The notes: generated by a model not told the origin, from the letters alone. A stretch of 64,000 nucleotides of DNA from Azolla caroliniana (GCA_043228905.1 JBHGNT010000012.1:434001-498000), one strand, 5' to 3'. Shown: positions 1 to 13,800, numbered from the stretch's first letter. Numbers and translations are program-made.

Positions 1-36
1 AATCAGAGCATTCACAAGATTCACAATTTCACGGAG
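1..36 (-). CDS. UPL3: UPL3-like exon 6 (partial; gene continues beyond the window)
   Basis: Acceptor ttttttacAG followed by LREIVNLVNALI, matching the expected xxEIVNLANELL segment of UPL3. Confidence 0.8.
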
Positions 37-1132
37 CTGTAAAAAACATGCTGTTGTCATGCAGTGTTAATGAAATGCAAAACATAACACTCTACTTGCT
101 GGACATGTAAAATCCATACTAATACATGATGATATGGGACAATTGATTATGAATATATAAAAACCATATCAATGTTCACTTTAGAAAAGATGATGAAGGC
201 ATGATGCATAAAAGGTGGCAAATACCAGCTTGCCAATCTCCTCTCTATCCAATCTGTGTCATGACTCAAGCAAACAGAAAAAACCAGTAGCAAATCTACC
301 CATAAATCTGATATAAGTATTTCGTTTTCCTATTGCTACAATGAAAGATTGAAAAATGAGTTGAAAACAATCTAAGTTTTTGTAGCTGAGAACAGCCGAA
401 AGAAATTTTGCACTCTTTTCTCTTAAGAGTTATTGAATGACAAGGAGACATATGAGGTGGGAACCTCACATTCAATTCTGTATAGTGACATTGAAATCGA
501 CGCATCTGTCAACTAACCTTGGTATAAGAGACGATTGGATGTGATGCACACAGCAGTATTGGTCAAAGCCAGCTCGAGGCCATATTTGTAAATAGTCATT
601 TATGTATATGAGTATAAATATAGTTAGGGCAAGTAGTTAAGAAATGTAACTAACCTTGGTAACAGTCAGGTTATGGTGTTCAACAACTTACATCACAATG
701 AATACAAGATCAGCACCACTTCACATTAGGGGAGAAGCTGATGAAATATGATGACCCCTATACCTATCAGGTAGTAGCATTTGTTAGAACCTCTTTTTCT
801 ATGAGAAGCGGAGCTGTTTGGATTTTCCATAAGTATGGTTCTGCGGCCACAAAAGTAAACAGCATTCCTACTGTTGTGCAACAGTTCTCCTTGTTAGGAG
901 TTATTAAAAGCGAGTATGACCTGGTAAGATTCCTTGTGACGCATTCAAAAGTGATGTCTTTCTGTTTATGGTACATTGATACATCATGTAGATCCAGGAG
1001 AGAAGCGTACTACATTTGCAGGTGCACAAGCTAAAATCAGATATGAGGATGTTTTCATTGTTTGTCCAGAGGATTTTGAACCTTTGTATTCAGTCATAGA
1101 TTATTGTGGTCAAAGATGTGTGGGCCTTTATT

Positions 1133-1743
1133 TACGGAAGATTTAAGGACTTCTGCGATGAGAGATGACCAGTCCAGACAAACCCTGCTGAATGACATAT
1201 CACAGACTTCTTTGAAGGGACCACCAAGGACGAACAAGACCAAGCATCCTGATTGAACAAATCTAGTTAAATACATTAGGTTGGGCCACGCCCAACACAT
1301 TCACATGCACAACTATTCACATAATAGGTCATGATTGCATCTGTGTATCCAACACACCACAATGCTTCACTGATCACACTCTGCAGATATTGATATTCTA
1401 GCAGGTCATGATTGCACCTGTGTATCCAACACACCAGAATGCTTCACGGATCACACAGTGCAGATATTGATATTCTACGGGAGATTTGAGGGACTTCTGT
1501 GATAAGAGATGACCAGTCCAAACAAACCCTGCTGAATGACATATCCCAGACTTCTTTGAAGGGACCACCAAGGACGAGCAAGGCCAATCATCCTGGTTGA
1601 ACAAATCTAGTTAAATTCATTTGGTTGGGTCACTCTCAACACCCTCACATGCACAAGTATTCACATTACAGGTCATGATTGCACCTGTGTATCCAACATA
1701 CCACAATGCTTCACTGATCTCACTCTGCAGATATTGATATTCT
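1133..1743. repeat. Intronic compound tandem duplication (X-Y-Y-X-Y; X ~190 bp, Y ~77 bp)
   Basis: X (tacgg..gattt..ggacttctg) starts at ~1133 and ~1476. Y (aggtcatgattgca...gatattgatattct) starts at ~1326, ~1403 and ~1670. Confidence 0.85.
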
Positions 1744-2173
1744 TGCCAGACCCATGCATGACATATTCCAATAGTTCACCTTGTTCCTATCCACAATCAT
1801 ATTCTTGTACATCTAGGCACCTAAGATTAGTCACATCAGTTTCTTATCGGTGTGTATTATCACACAAATATTTATTCTATTTAACCTAGACACAATGCAT
1901 TTTCTCTACTTTCTTGCCATTAGACATCACATTGCATTGCTCTAAAGTTGTGAATCTTCAGGCACAAGATCACTTCACTCCCTCAATATTGGGACAATAT
2001 CTTGCACACATTAAAGTATGGGGAGCTGAAACAAGCAAATAGAAAGATCCCTTTTGTATTGTTTTTGAATTTCATGGGTTTGTCATATCTATATAGATAT
2101 TTCCCATATACGGATATTTAGATTAGCAATGGTGACATTAGTATACTATGATCTATCTACTTCATACACACAC

Positions 2174-2335
2174 CTGTTCAGTGGACATGTTCATTGCCAC
2201 AGGGGACACTGATTTAGATATTGATCCAGAGCCCACAAGGATATCTTTCAGAATGCTACTGATATTCATGCGAAGAAGAGCATCAGCTGCAGATGTTGAA
2301 CCACTCACGCATATAGACAATGTGCGAACCAAGCC
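2174..2335 (-). CDS. UPL3: UPL3-like exon 5
   Basis: GLVRTLSICVSGS...ISSILKDILVGSG...STEQ, bounded by AG and GT; 162 bp. Confidence 0.9.
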
Positions 2336-2418
2336 CTGCAACCGCATTCATGAATTATCTGACTATAAAAAAAAGAAATGAAGTAATAAATTATCTTTCA
2401 ACAGAAGGCATCACAAAC

Positions 2419-2589
2419 TGTATATGTTGAGCTGTTCAGTGATGTTTGTGAAAAGCCAATATTCTCGACTGAAATAAGGCGCGCCGCCTCAGCAATTAAG
2501 CCATGTGAACAAAGCATATCTAGCCTTTCAGAAGATGATGCAAAAGATTCAGCTATGCGAGCCAAACAGACAGAAGCATGGTCAATGAC
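2419..2589 (-). CDS. UPL3: UPL3-like exon 4
   Basis: VIDHASVCLARIAESFASSSERLDMLCSHGLI...SSTYT, bounded by AG and GT; 171 bp. Confidence 0.9.
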
Positions 2590-2686
2590 CTGAAACAAAA
2601 TAAAGGAGGCACAAAATCAATGTAAAATAAATATACGCAAGTAAAATAAATTGTCAAGCTAACCATGAATGCTGAGATTCATATAC

Positions 2687-2803
2687 CTTTGTATCAGGGT
2701 ATTGGAGTAAATTGGTTAGAACTGGTATTGCCTCAGTTACAAACGTAGAGGCATCTGGTGGCATGTGTCGACACATGTTTGCCGCCGTAGAAATAGAAGC
2801 TCT
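2687..2803 (-). CDS. UPL3: UPL3-like exon 3
   Basis: RASISTAANMCRHMPPDASTFVTEAIPVLTNLLQYPDTK, bounded by AG and GT; 117 bp. Confidence 0.9.
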
Positions 2804-2952
2804 CTATCAAAAGTGTAAAGAATATCACAAAAAAGCGTGAAGAATATCACATCAAAAGTCTGATGAATATTGCATTAGAATGTATAGAATATTGCATTGC
2901 ATAATCATGAGGACATATGAATTAGCATGGATTGACGAAATGATTTTGTTAC

Positions 2953-3063
2953 CTGAACTCCAGTGGAGTAGAACTCGAAGTTCGACAAGACTGCAGTCAA
3001 TGCTCCAGCTTGTAAACAGGCAGCTGGATGCTCTCTAGAGATTTTTGCCAGCGCTTGCAATGA
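2953..3063 (-). CDS. UPL3: UPL3-like exon 2
   Basis: SLQALAKISREHPAACLQAGALTAVLSNFEFYSTGVQ, bounded by AG and GT; 111 bp. Confidence 0.9.
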
Positions 3064-3339
3064 CTGCATCATAGTGATCTCATTAATAATCATCATCAAT
3101 TGTAGAGCCACCTCATACATTAAGATTATTATAATGTACCTTAGAACTTTTATTTTTTCATAATGGACAAAGCTATCCATATTTGTTTTATGATTTTGCG
3201 GCCTTGTGCGTGTTAATATATCTTTCTTCCTTGCTCCCTTTCTCTCTCTCCCTCTCATTTAGATATAATAATTTAGTATGCCATTCTCAAGGTAGGGTAT
3301 CAATATTTTAGTGCACATGTAGGTGAACACCAGATGCTT

Positions 3340-5670
3340 ACTTTCCCATGCAATGCTTGGTTTGATGAAGAATGCAAGGCTCATCTCAAAATGTTCAACA
3401 AGCTCACACAAGATAAAAATCAGAAGGCCCTAACATTGTATCAGTAGCGAAGAACGGAGAGTCAATGCTATCAAATGAAAGAGAGAAGAAAACACAAATG
3501 TTTAAACTCCAACCAAAGTTAGCATGGAGATACTCAAGGGCAAAAAGGAAAATATAATTGATTCGTGAAGAGATGGAACAATATGTGCATAAGCTTTATA
3601 TGCATGATGGGGTAATGCCTATGACATTGAGTATTGAAATACCATATAAGGCATGCGTGTCTATTAAGGATGTTAATAGAGGGGCAAAAAGGATGTCTAA
3701 TGGCAATGCAACGCATGCAACTTTAGTGACAAATGAGCTCTAAAAATGGACAAGACCACAAACTCGTCAATGGATAGCAACTATCATGGATCAAGCTATC
3801 AAGTGAGCTCTAAAAATGGATAAGACCACAGGTCCACAAACTCGTCAATGAATCGCAACTATCATGGATCAAGCTATCAAGCAAGGTTTCCCAAAAGATT
3901 GGCTCATGAATTGAATTAAACTAATCCATAAAGGAGGAGATAAAAACTTGAAATTTGACTATCAAACTAGCATGGTTAACTCAGTTATGGCCAAGTTATA
4001 CGGTACTGTCATGGAACAAACTATTAGCTCATGGGCTGAACATCATCAAAAACGAGCACTTGGTCAAGCAGGCTTTACACCAAAACATTAACTATCGGTC
4101 ATTTGGTTTCACTTAGAATTATCAAGGAAGAAAGTCAACTTCAAGGGAAAATGTTATATTGTTGTTTTGTGAACTTCAAGAAAGCCTTTGACACCATACC
4201 AAGGAGTGGGCTTTGGAAAAGAACGATAGAGATTAGAATGCCATTGGAGCATAGAGCAGCTGTACCACGATCGTACGAGCAGGTTTGGTACCAAGTGAAA
4301 ATGGACACACAAAGTACTTTTTGAGCAAATTAGGAACCAAGAAAGGGTGCCCACTCTCTCCACACTCTTTGGTCTATGCATCGATAAACTTGAAGGAATA
4401 GTAAACAACACTTTGGGTTCATGCGATAGACTTGAAGGAATAGTAAACAAGGCTACAAAAGGAGGATTGAATGGCCCAAAACTCATGCATGAGCTTATTC
4501 TTATACTCCTGTATGCCATTAATGTTCTATTCTCATATAATTTGGATGGTAGGCAAGAATTGACGTATTGGATAAATTCTGTCAAATCAGTGGGCTAACT
4601 ATTAACATGGACAAAACAAAAATGGTGGCAATAAGGGCAATACAACCAAGACACTACCCCACTTGTACAGACAAGGGAGAACCCAATACAAGTGCAAAGC
4701 TTCAAATATCTTGGTAGTAATGTCCCATCAACAAACAGGAGGAATGTATGCTATGAGTCTAGACTTCACGCGGAGTATTAGATGTTTGAGAATCAATGCA
4801 ACCAAAGTGATGCTTGAGGATGGGAAATGAGATCAATGCTGTTCAATGCTGTTCAATGCTATGGTGGTCCAACTATCGCTTTATGGAGTGGAAGTGTGGG
4901 GTGGCACTATCTCACTTGTACATAGAATGAAATAGAGAAAATCCAAAATTTGTTATTAAGTAGACAATTGGGGGTAAATCTCAACATCCTATTCTATCAT
5001 GCTATTAGAAAAGGTGCTTGTCCCATAGAGGTACTAGTCATGATGCTTGACATTTTGAAATGGTTTAAAAGACGGGGAGAAAAAGATCTATTAGAGCTCT
5101 CAAATGATGCTATGAAGTATGTGATCATTGAGGATAGATTACTAGAGGCATTAAAGATGAATTGGCAAGATGCTAAAATGTCAACATTGGAATATTTCTT
5201 TGCAAATATTAACACACAGAAAAAACGCCAGAACATATCCAATCGCATTTCACCACCCCCATGAGCCTTGGCTCTCAAAGAGCCTTAACACTTCTTCAAA
5301 CAAGCCCACATAAATTAGGTATTGAGGTAGCATCATGGTATCATCACCCAAATATGAAGATATGCAAGGTGTGCAATAAAAGCCTACTAGAGGATGAATA
5401 TCACTTACTTATTAAATGCTCTGAGCATAAGTTAATACACAAGAAATATGATGTCTTGATAGACAGGCATGATAATGTGAGTGTCATACTCAAATTTCCA
5501 CCAAGAAGGGTGAGCACATATGTGTGCATTATTTTCACATCGAGCGATTTTACTATAGAGTAGTAACCACCCTTCTTAGGAAGGAGTCACACACAAGATA
5601 AGATGTTGATTTGGTCCCACTAGACAAAATTGGCCTCTTCATGTACGATAAAATATCCATCTATTCTATA
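3340..5670 (+). mobile_element. Degenerate LINE (RT to 3' end) in UPL3 intron 1, antisense to the gene
   Basis: Fragments FPCNAWFDEECK, LYCCFVNFKKAFDTIPR, GCPLSPxLFG and CKVC...EDEYHLLIKC are collinear with the LINE at 40-44 kb. Many stops, frameshifts and small internal duplications (e.g. ~3735-3881). Confidence 0.85.
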
Positions 5671-6319
5671 AAGATCTGCTACAGAAAATGCATTGAAAGA
5701 CAAATATAATGCACAAAGCAAAGGGAGTTGGAAAAGCAGAACACAGAACTATATACCCTTTTGAATAATGAATTACAAGAAACTCTAAGAAATGAAACCA
5801 CAAGCCTCATAAGGAGCACATTGGAAATATATAAAAGAGCACATGTAAAATATATAAATGCTCAAATAAAGTCAAGTCAAGTCAAACTGGTTTCAATGAA
5901 GCAAACTATTAAATTTGATCTAAAGAAAGATCAGAAGAAAATAGAGAAGACAAAACATGGCCTGAAATACATACAAATAGCAGGGTTATTATTAAAGAGA
6001 GGAGAACCACATAAGGGTCTATGGCTCTCAGGACAGATTCCGATTATTTTTCAAGTACACAGATGCATACAGAAAGAAAGATACAATAACGTCTTTTGAA
6101 AGGCCAAAATGGCCTATAAGACCAAACAAAAGATTACATCCTAAGTGTAGTCTCGACCTTGAGAACAACAAATCAAATAAATAAATGTTCCTAAGTAAAA
6201 AAAAAAAAAGTAGATAAGTTAAAAGAGACTAAAGAATCTTGTTATCGGCACATGTAAGATTCTCAAGTCATATATATTGTAACTTTTGTCTTCAAAAGAT
6301 CTCTAGCATAGGTCAATCC

Positions 6320-6900
6320 AGAATGGAGAGGTTTTCGAAGTGAGGGAAACGCCTGCAATGGTGGGAGATAATGGCCTATAAGACCAAACAGAAACATTAA
6401 TGCACAGACAGAACGTCCTCTAAAGGACAGGGACATAGGTGGGAGTCAGGATTCCATCCTCAGCCATGCATACCAGGAAGTACTAGAGGCCCCTGCTGTA
6501 CAAAGAGGAGCTCCATGATCAAGTGTATAGTTCACAAAGATGTTATAAGTTGTGATCTGCTATTTTCCACTTGCTTACTTGAGGTTTGCAACAAGCTTTG
6601 CAAGAGGATATAATACTATTAGGAGACTTCCAATGCACATATATTGGGGATGAACAAACAATTTGTGAGGCTATGTATGGTGATATTACAGAAGAAGAAG
6701 TTGGCCAAAAGGAAAAGCTCAAGATATGAAGTAACAGAATATGGCAAACCACTATAGTGTAGACGCATGGGGACAGCCTTCATAAGGCACATAATTGCAC
6801 ATAATTGGAGAGATTTGGAGAGACGTTTAGTCTCAATGATTACCCAACTGATTAGAAGCAAAGCATTTGTACCCCAAGATATAATCTGAGCTACGAAAGC
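6320..6900 (+). mobile_element. Highly degenerate LINE AP-endonuclease remnant
   Basis: VICYFPL at ~6552 and DIILLGDF-N-AH at ~6607 parallel AICYFPP and VFLVGDFNAR of the intact LINE ORF2. Boundaries are approximate. Confidence 0.5.
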
Positions 6901-8892
6901 CTTAATAGTGACCGAGACATAGTTCCAATCCTTGACCATATCTGATGAATTTGAAAGCTACAATAGCAAAGATAATCAATGTTGGCAATTATTTCATCAA
7001 AATAGCTCGCTGAGCATGGAGATAATCGATGTTTTTATGCTGAAATACTAGAATGATTCCACTAACATGGCATAAATATAAATGCACTACCCTTGTTCCA
7101 ATATACCTTAGAATTCCCACATTAGGACATGAATGAAGTGAAAAAGGGTACACTGATCCAAATTGGTATTATTAAATGGATGATGAGAGATTGTTGATTG
7201 GCACAACATTTTACAAGGGTGAGCCTTTATCAGCATAATGGTTTGCAGTTTTAACCAGCTTCAACCACGGCTTACTGGTTTAGGGTTAGGACTTTTTGAA
7301 GTATTTATTAAATATGAATTAAGTTTATAAATTAAGAGCTACAGCCTATTAACATAATAACTTATGGCATTTGAGATCCAATATTTTCTTCTTTTCTCAG
7401 TTTGTAAGCAAGAGACTTTTGGTTGGAAAAGCTCTTTTTAAAATAATTGTGCAAATGTTAGCACAAAATATTGATTTGCACCGAAATCAAACCGAACAAC
7501 AGTGGCTTAACAGTTTGTAAATCTCTTGAACTGTTTGGTTTGAGCCTGGAAATCTATCAAACTGTTTGATTTGAATGGTTTTGGTTTAAAGATTTCATGG
7601 TTCAGTTCAGTTCAGATAAAAATTCAAATCCTTTGAATGGTTTGGTTTGAATTTTGAGATGCCTGAACCACACTGAACTGCTACCGATTGTGTCCATATG
7701 GAACACGGCCCCATCACCTTTGTTATGGACAAATCCTCATGAGGGTTATTGCAAATCCTAGTGAGGGTTATCGACAAATCAAGCCCACACTCACCCAACA
7801 GCTTCCTTTGCTTAGGAGACCTTTTCATCTTGAATCAGTTCCTTCAAGGCAGAAATTTCACTCCATCTTAGGTTCAAATGTTTGATGCTTCACTAATACA
7901 ATTATTTGGTACTTCCATTTCTTCTCAAAGATGAGATAATATTTTAAGATGTAATGTCCCATTAAGTCTCATAAGACACCTTGACCTCTTAAAGGACATC
8001 TCTTGGTAGGAAGATGGCCCATCATAAGCAACATGGATGTGTATCTATCTTATCACGTGCTCTGTAGGGTGATAAGGCAGGTCAGGAGCTCTTCACATCA
8101 ATTAGATATTGGAATGGGGATTCCAAAAAGGTTACAATTGATGGAGTAATAGCAGTTTATCATGCCTGTAGGCCAGGCCCATCAAGACCTCAACCTCATG
8201 TCAGAGATCTCTCCATCTTGGACCGACCCATGTTGCAGATCTTTCAAATGCAAAGTTTCTGGGCGACCTTTTCAACACATCTAAACTTGCAATATGTGAG
8301 ATCTTTTGGGGGCTGAAGTTTCAGAACATCAACAATCACAATGTAATAGGCTTAGCTGGCAAGAATATCTACATTTTCACGAGATTATAAAAAGTCTGTG
8401 TATATCATGATATTTCTTTCTTTCTTTATACAGATAATGCCTCCCTCCAGATATAGCACCAGCCCCTACCTGATTCTGGTTTTTTCTCCCTTTTTGCGCT
8501 CCAACCCATCTTATGACATAGAAGAATGCTTTGTATAGTTCGTTTGAATTCCATTGACCATGGTTTTTGACCTCCCAACCACTTTTTGTATGTTATTTTT
8601 GGCCCCATGGGTCATATTTTACCACTAAGGATGATAATGAAGTCTACCTATCTATCTATCTATCTAGGAATTGTACTGCTCTATTTTACTTAGCCTTTAA
8701 TCTGACATTGAAATCATATCCAGCAACAGTTGTAGCATTGATCTCATAGGACATTTTCGCCTTTTTGCAGCAATGATAGGGCATTGGATTTCATTTCATT
8801 TCTATCTAGAAGAGACTCACATTACTAGCTACGATTCTGTCATTAGCCAATTTCAACTACTGGTCGGAGTTTAAATAAGTTGACTTTACTTC

Positions 8893-8919
8893 CTCTCTCT
8901 CTCTCTCTCTCTCTCTCTC
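8893..8919. repeat. (CT)n microsatellite
   Basis: Seen directly in the sequence. Confidence 0.9.
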
Positions 8920-9023
8920 CGTCAAACATACATTCTTTTACACATTATATATAGTATATATACAAACACAGACATAAATTTGCATGTCTCATTGGAGGAG
9001 AGTGGCACGGATGTCTAGCTTAC

Positions 9024-10070
9024 TTGTTCTGCAAGATCAATATACTGAATGGACCTCAATATCCGACAGAAGTGAGGGATACCACCTTGATTCACTAGAA
9101 CCGAACATGAATACGGGAGAGCATCACATAGATGTGTGAGGGCTCGGGCAGCCAAAAGCATCACTTCGGGATTATATTCATGTGTGAGAAGGCGTACCAA
9201 TTCAGTTACAAACGCTCGTATGGGCAAATATGAAAGTGAATCCTCAGTTCCCATAGAAAGCATTTCACAAAGCTGAGTAAGACCAGTTAATTGGCATTCT
9301 TCATCTTCTGATGTTAAGCTCGATAGAATTTGTGTTAAATTCCCATGAGAAGAATGAGCCTTGTATGCTTCTCTCATCGATATGTGGGCAGGTCGTGTGC
9401 GATAATTATTGGTATTGTTATTGAAAGTAGCTTCATTGACAGCAACTTCATTGGCATTACGAGACAAAATAACCTCCTTATGTGAGGAAGCATTCACTTT
9501 TTCCATCTCTTTGGCATTGTTCTCTTCTTTCTCTTTTCCTTTAGCATGATCATTTTTGCTCTCTTCTCTAGTATGAACATTTGTGCCTTCTCCTTTCTCT
9601 TTTACTTTAATATGATCATTTTTGCTCTCTTCTTTATCTTTTCCTATCGTATGCTCAATCTTGACCTCTTCTATTTCTTTCCCTTTGATATTCTTGCTAC
9701 CTTCTTTCTCTTCTCCATTAATATGATCACTCTTGCCCATTTGATTTTCTTTCCCTTTGGTATAGTGGTCACTGTTGCTAGCTTCTTTCTCTTTCCCTTT
9801 GGTACAACGTTCATTTTTACTTTGTTTGGCATGATTGACATTCGCATGATCAATCTTGCTTTCTTTGCTGTGATCAATCTTGTTTTCTTCTTTTTCATGT
9901 GTTGATTTTCGAGCTGAAGCTCGAGTCTTGACAGATCTTTTCATGGCTGATGATGATGATGAAGAAGACGAGGAAGAAAAAGGCGGCGGCGAAGAAATAA
10001 TGCCAGCTTTCTTCTTCCGTCGAGGCGGTGGTGGTTGCTCTAATGCCCTCTTTCTGCTTCGGGTTTCCAT
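9024..10070 (-). CDS. UPL3: HECT E3 ubiquitin ligase UPL3/TRIP12-like, exon 1
   Basis: Starts METRSRKR as in plant UPL3. Contains the ARM-region motif LTQLCEMLSMGTEDSLS...HEYNPEVMLLAARALTHLCDALP...IQYIDLAEQ. Ends at a GT donor (9023-9022); 349 codons, phase 0. Confidence 0.9.
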
Positions 10071-10073
10071 GGA

Positions 10074-10248
10074 AGGAACTAAAATATTATGTAACCGAAC
10101 TATGCAAATCTTCTCTTTCCTCTTTCTCCTCTCCCTCTTTCCTATTCTTCTTGCTCTGCCGAGGAACTGAAATCTTATGTAACCGAACTACGCAAATCTT
10201 CTCTTTCCTCGTTCTCCTCTTCCTCTCCCCTATTCTTCTTCCTCTGCC
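10074..10248. repeat. 88-bp tandem duplication immediately upstream of the UPL3 ATG
   Basis: aggaact.aaat.ttatgtaaccgaacta.gcaaatcttctctttcc occurs at 10074 and 10162. Confidence 0.85.
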
Positions 10249-10576
10249 TTATTCTACTTATAATTGCTGAAGCTCCTCCACTACAATTCTTCTTCTTCTT
10301 CTTCTTAGGAAGACCCAAATCCTCCTTTTGTTCTTTCCTCTTCCTCGTCGTTCTTCTATGGGCTGTGTTTGGGGTGTTGTCGATATGCGATAGTGATGCA
10401 CTACCGTCCCTTCTCTTTGTTTTTTGCCGCAGCTATGGCGGCTGAGGGGCCTCCTCTGTTGTTCCTCTCTCTCTCTCTCTCTGTCTCTCCCTGTCTGTCC
10501 TCTATTGTCGCAAGGAGGAAACAGAGAAATACATATCGTCTATGCCTGCCTCTCTCTCTCCACAATGTAGTAGCAT

Positions 10577-10633
10577 ATATATATATATATAGGTCTATGT
10601 ACATATGTATCCTTCTGCTCTCTTATTCCTACA

Positions 10634-10667
<34 letters not shown>

Positions 10668-10865
10668 GGAGGCTCCTCTTGCCAACCAACAATGTGGAAT
10701 CGAATCGAATCGAATCGATATGTGGGGTTTGTTTGTGTTTGTATCGAATCAATATGTGGGGTTTGTTTGTGTCTGTGTCTGTGTCTGTGTTTGTGTCGTG
10801 TCTTGTGTCTTGTGTCTTGTGTTTGTGTTTGTGTTTGTGTGTTTGTGTCTATGTGTGTGTATTGT
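10577..10865. repeat. Compound microsatellite tract (TA)n, (TACA)n, (ATCGA)n, (TGTGTY)n in the UPL3 upstream region
   Basis: Seen directly in the sequence. Confidence 0.85.
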
Positions 10866-13800
10866 CATGGGCTTTCAACTCGCCTGGAGCCTGACCTCTT
10901 ATTGAGGGAGTTACTAACTACCACATTCTCTCATCCATCGCCTCCTCTCGATCTTCGACCAAAGGGCATGTGGCATCTTTCCAATCAGAACTTTGATTAT
11001 AGTCTTGCATGCTTTTGAATCGCCTGAAACATGACGCCATATGAGGGTCGTAATGGCTTTCCCCAACCTCCACAGACTCATTATCTATCGAGAACCTCTT
11101 TTAGAATGAGGCCTCTTCATGCTCTTTGCCTCGAATGTGTAATCCATCCCATTCTGGGTTTTTTAATCATTTGTAAACAATAAGGCACATTACATGAGTA
11201 AGATAGCAGTTTATTTTTCCTCCATGCATTTCCTCACGGGTTTGCATATGTCATAGGTTTTATCACATACCTATAAGTATTTGTGCCTCAATGACACATC
11301 AAATCTTTCTCTCCCAATGAAGTTTTATTTCCCCTTTTGCCCTATGTGGATAGTAAATCTAAATCTAGGTTTTTGAGAAACTTGAATCTAAGTTCACTAA
11401 ATATGTGTTCATTGTGATTTGGGAAATGTGCACTCACAACATCCCAATCTCCTGCAAACAATCTCTTTTGGATTATTTGCACATGATGATTGTCTTAAAA
11501 TGTGTAAGTAATTTCAATATGAATATGACCATCATATTTAGATACTACTAATGATTGCTTTATGGCATATGACATGCAAAACGTCATATACCCTTATTAT
11601 GGTACTACATACTTCAAGACGAAAATGCGAAATCTTAATACTCATATCACTTCATCTTTAGTTTTAGGTAATTATGATGAATAAACCTACAACAACATTC
11701 AAAATATAATGATGAAGTCGACGCAGAAGCGCATGTACGTGTTTTTCTCATGACATGGCAAGCGAACGAACCATGTATTGCAAATATTGTCGGAATCAGA
11801 TGCTAACAAATCTAAAATTGTAGAATTTGGGTTATAGATCAATGACCAGTTGGCGATTTGGTACTCCTAGCATGAGGCGGGTGAGTTTGAGTCTTTTCAT
11901 CGACAAGTTCCGAAGAGGGAACTAATGAGCCAGTTCTATGTGGCTTACCAAGAAGCCCATGAAACCGTGCCACAATCCATTATTCAGTTTAAGAATCTTC
12001 GGAGACAGTTAGCAAGACCTCTTTCGGAGGAGGATGTCAAGGAAACTTTCTTGTCAACACTACGAGAGCCGCTTCGAACAACGCTATCTGTGTTCAATTT
12101 TAATGATAAATCACTAGAGCAGGTGATCGACAAAGCACTTGTCATCGACAAGACACAGACCAGTAATAATATGTCCACAACATGATTACAACAAGTTTTA
12201 CCGACGTCGGAAGAGTTGAGGTTCCGACAAGCAATCTAATGTATGACTTGTCTAAATCCAGGCCATTCTACGCACTCATTGTCCAATCTGCCATTCCAAG
12301 GCGCATACGATTGACTAGTGTGAATACAATTTGCTCAATAAAGTTGCAGCCCCAGTCAAACAGATATAGCCCCAAGACGATCGTCATGAGGATTAGAATC
12401 GATCGGTCCAATTTCGGGACGACGATCGGCCACGATATGATGATCATTATTGGTCGGATCATAAGTGGCGAGATGACTATCGACTAGACGATCGATACAA
12501 TGATTATCGACAGGAAGATGGCCGACAAAATGACTATGGACGAGATAGTCAAAACTGTTCTGACTGGGAATATTCACCTCGGCAAGATAGAAATAATCGA
12601 CAACCTTACAGGGGTAGTAGATATCATGATGAGAGAAGGTCCTATGACTAGAGGAATGAATATAATCGACCACAGAATGGTCGGTTCCATGATAAAAGAA
12701 GACCAAAAGGATCCCGATAATTTCAATATAGTTCCAAGGGTCGAGAAGAGCCGACGCTGCAAGATGTTCGACAGTCACAATATGAAAATGGCGAATCCCG
12801 TGGGTTGTCCGTGCCGAATTGCTATAAACATGGTCACTACCAAAGTGCAACAAGTCACCACTCGAAGTAAAGCTAAACAATTTGAGTGGGATATATAGGA
12901 AGTGGTGCGCAAAGCAACAAAGGAATGGGTTGAAGAGGCGAACAACAACAATGTTGCTCGGATGCAAGTCAAAAAGTAGTCAACAACAAGAAGTGTTGAT
13001 TGTTATACCAGAGGAAGATGAAGCATGAAAAGTATTGACAGATTGCCAAACATCATTACCACTGACAGGATTACTAAAATTGGTGCCTCGATTTACTGAA
13101 AAGGTCGCCACCATTATCGGCAAGTGTCGGTAAATTTTACCAATCCAATCAAAGGACCGACAATAATGGATGAGTAGAGTCCGAAATTTAAGATTATCAT
13201 TCACAGCCCAGAAGTGTCGGGTAGCATAATCGATGGTGGATCAGGACTGAATGTAATTAGTAAGACTACATGTGATCAATTGGGCATTACCACATGGGAA
13301 ACATGTCCTTTTTTGCTACGAATGGCCAATACTAACACCATCTGACAACTTGATATTGTCATTGGCGGCCACACATTTCAGATATCGGCAGTCGTACTCC
13401 ATTTAGATGCACTGGGAGCGTATCCTCTACTATTGGGCCAACCATGGCTTAGAACAGCCAATATCAAACAAAATTGGCAAAAGAATATTCTCACATTCCG
13501 AAAGGGCAAGACCAAGATTCGAGTGTCGACTGAAGAAAAGGTCGCGACATCTTGACAATGTGTGCCTTTATATGCTGAAGTGGTCAATATGATGGAGGGG
13601 TTGGATGACGGAGAAAAGCATCAATATTTTGAGGATAATCCCAAGATTATTCCCTTATTCGAAATTGACGTCGTCAAAGTACTCACGCCATATCTCGGTG
13701 ATGACGAAAAGGAGGACGATGTGCAGGTCGATAATAAAACTCTCAGGGAGTTACGCCTAGAGCAAGAAGCAATGGAGAGAGAAATGCAAGTATCCCAACA

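Noticed and set aside
680-1034. 97-aa ORF or possible ancient Copia RT fragment (TLGEKLMKYDDPYTYQ)
   Set aside because: Only vague resemblance and no diagnostic motif; it lies antisense within an intron.
5728-6099. 123-aa K-rich ORF
   Set aside because: A-rich intronic sequence, TTG start, antisense to UPL3 and no recognisable motif.
7240-7690. AACC/GGTT-rich tract resembling hAT/MITE subterminal repeats, with a telo-box-like TTTAGGGTTAGG at ~7279
   Set aside because: No terminal inverted repeats or TSD could be defined.
7600-8400. Possible minus-strand Gypsy integrase remnant (ITKVMGP)
   Set aside because: Too degenerate to support.
9546-11018. Hydrophobic or Cys-rich plus-strand ORFs
   Set aside because: They are antisense shadows of K/E-rich UPL3 exon 1 and translations of microsatellites.
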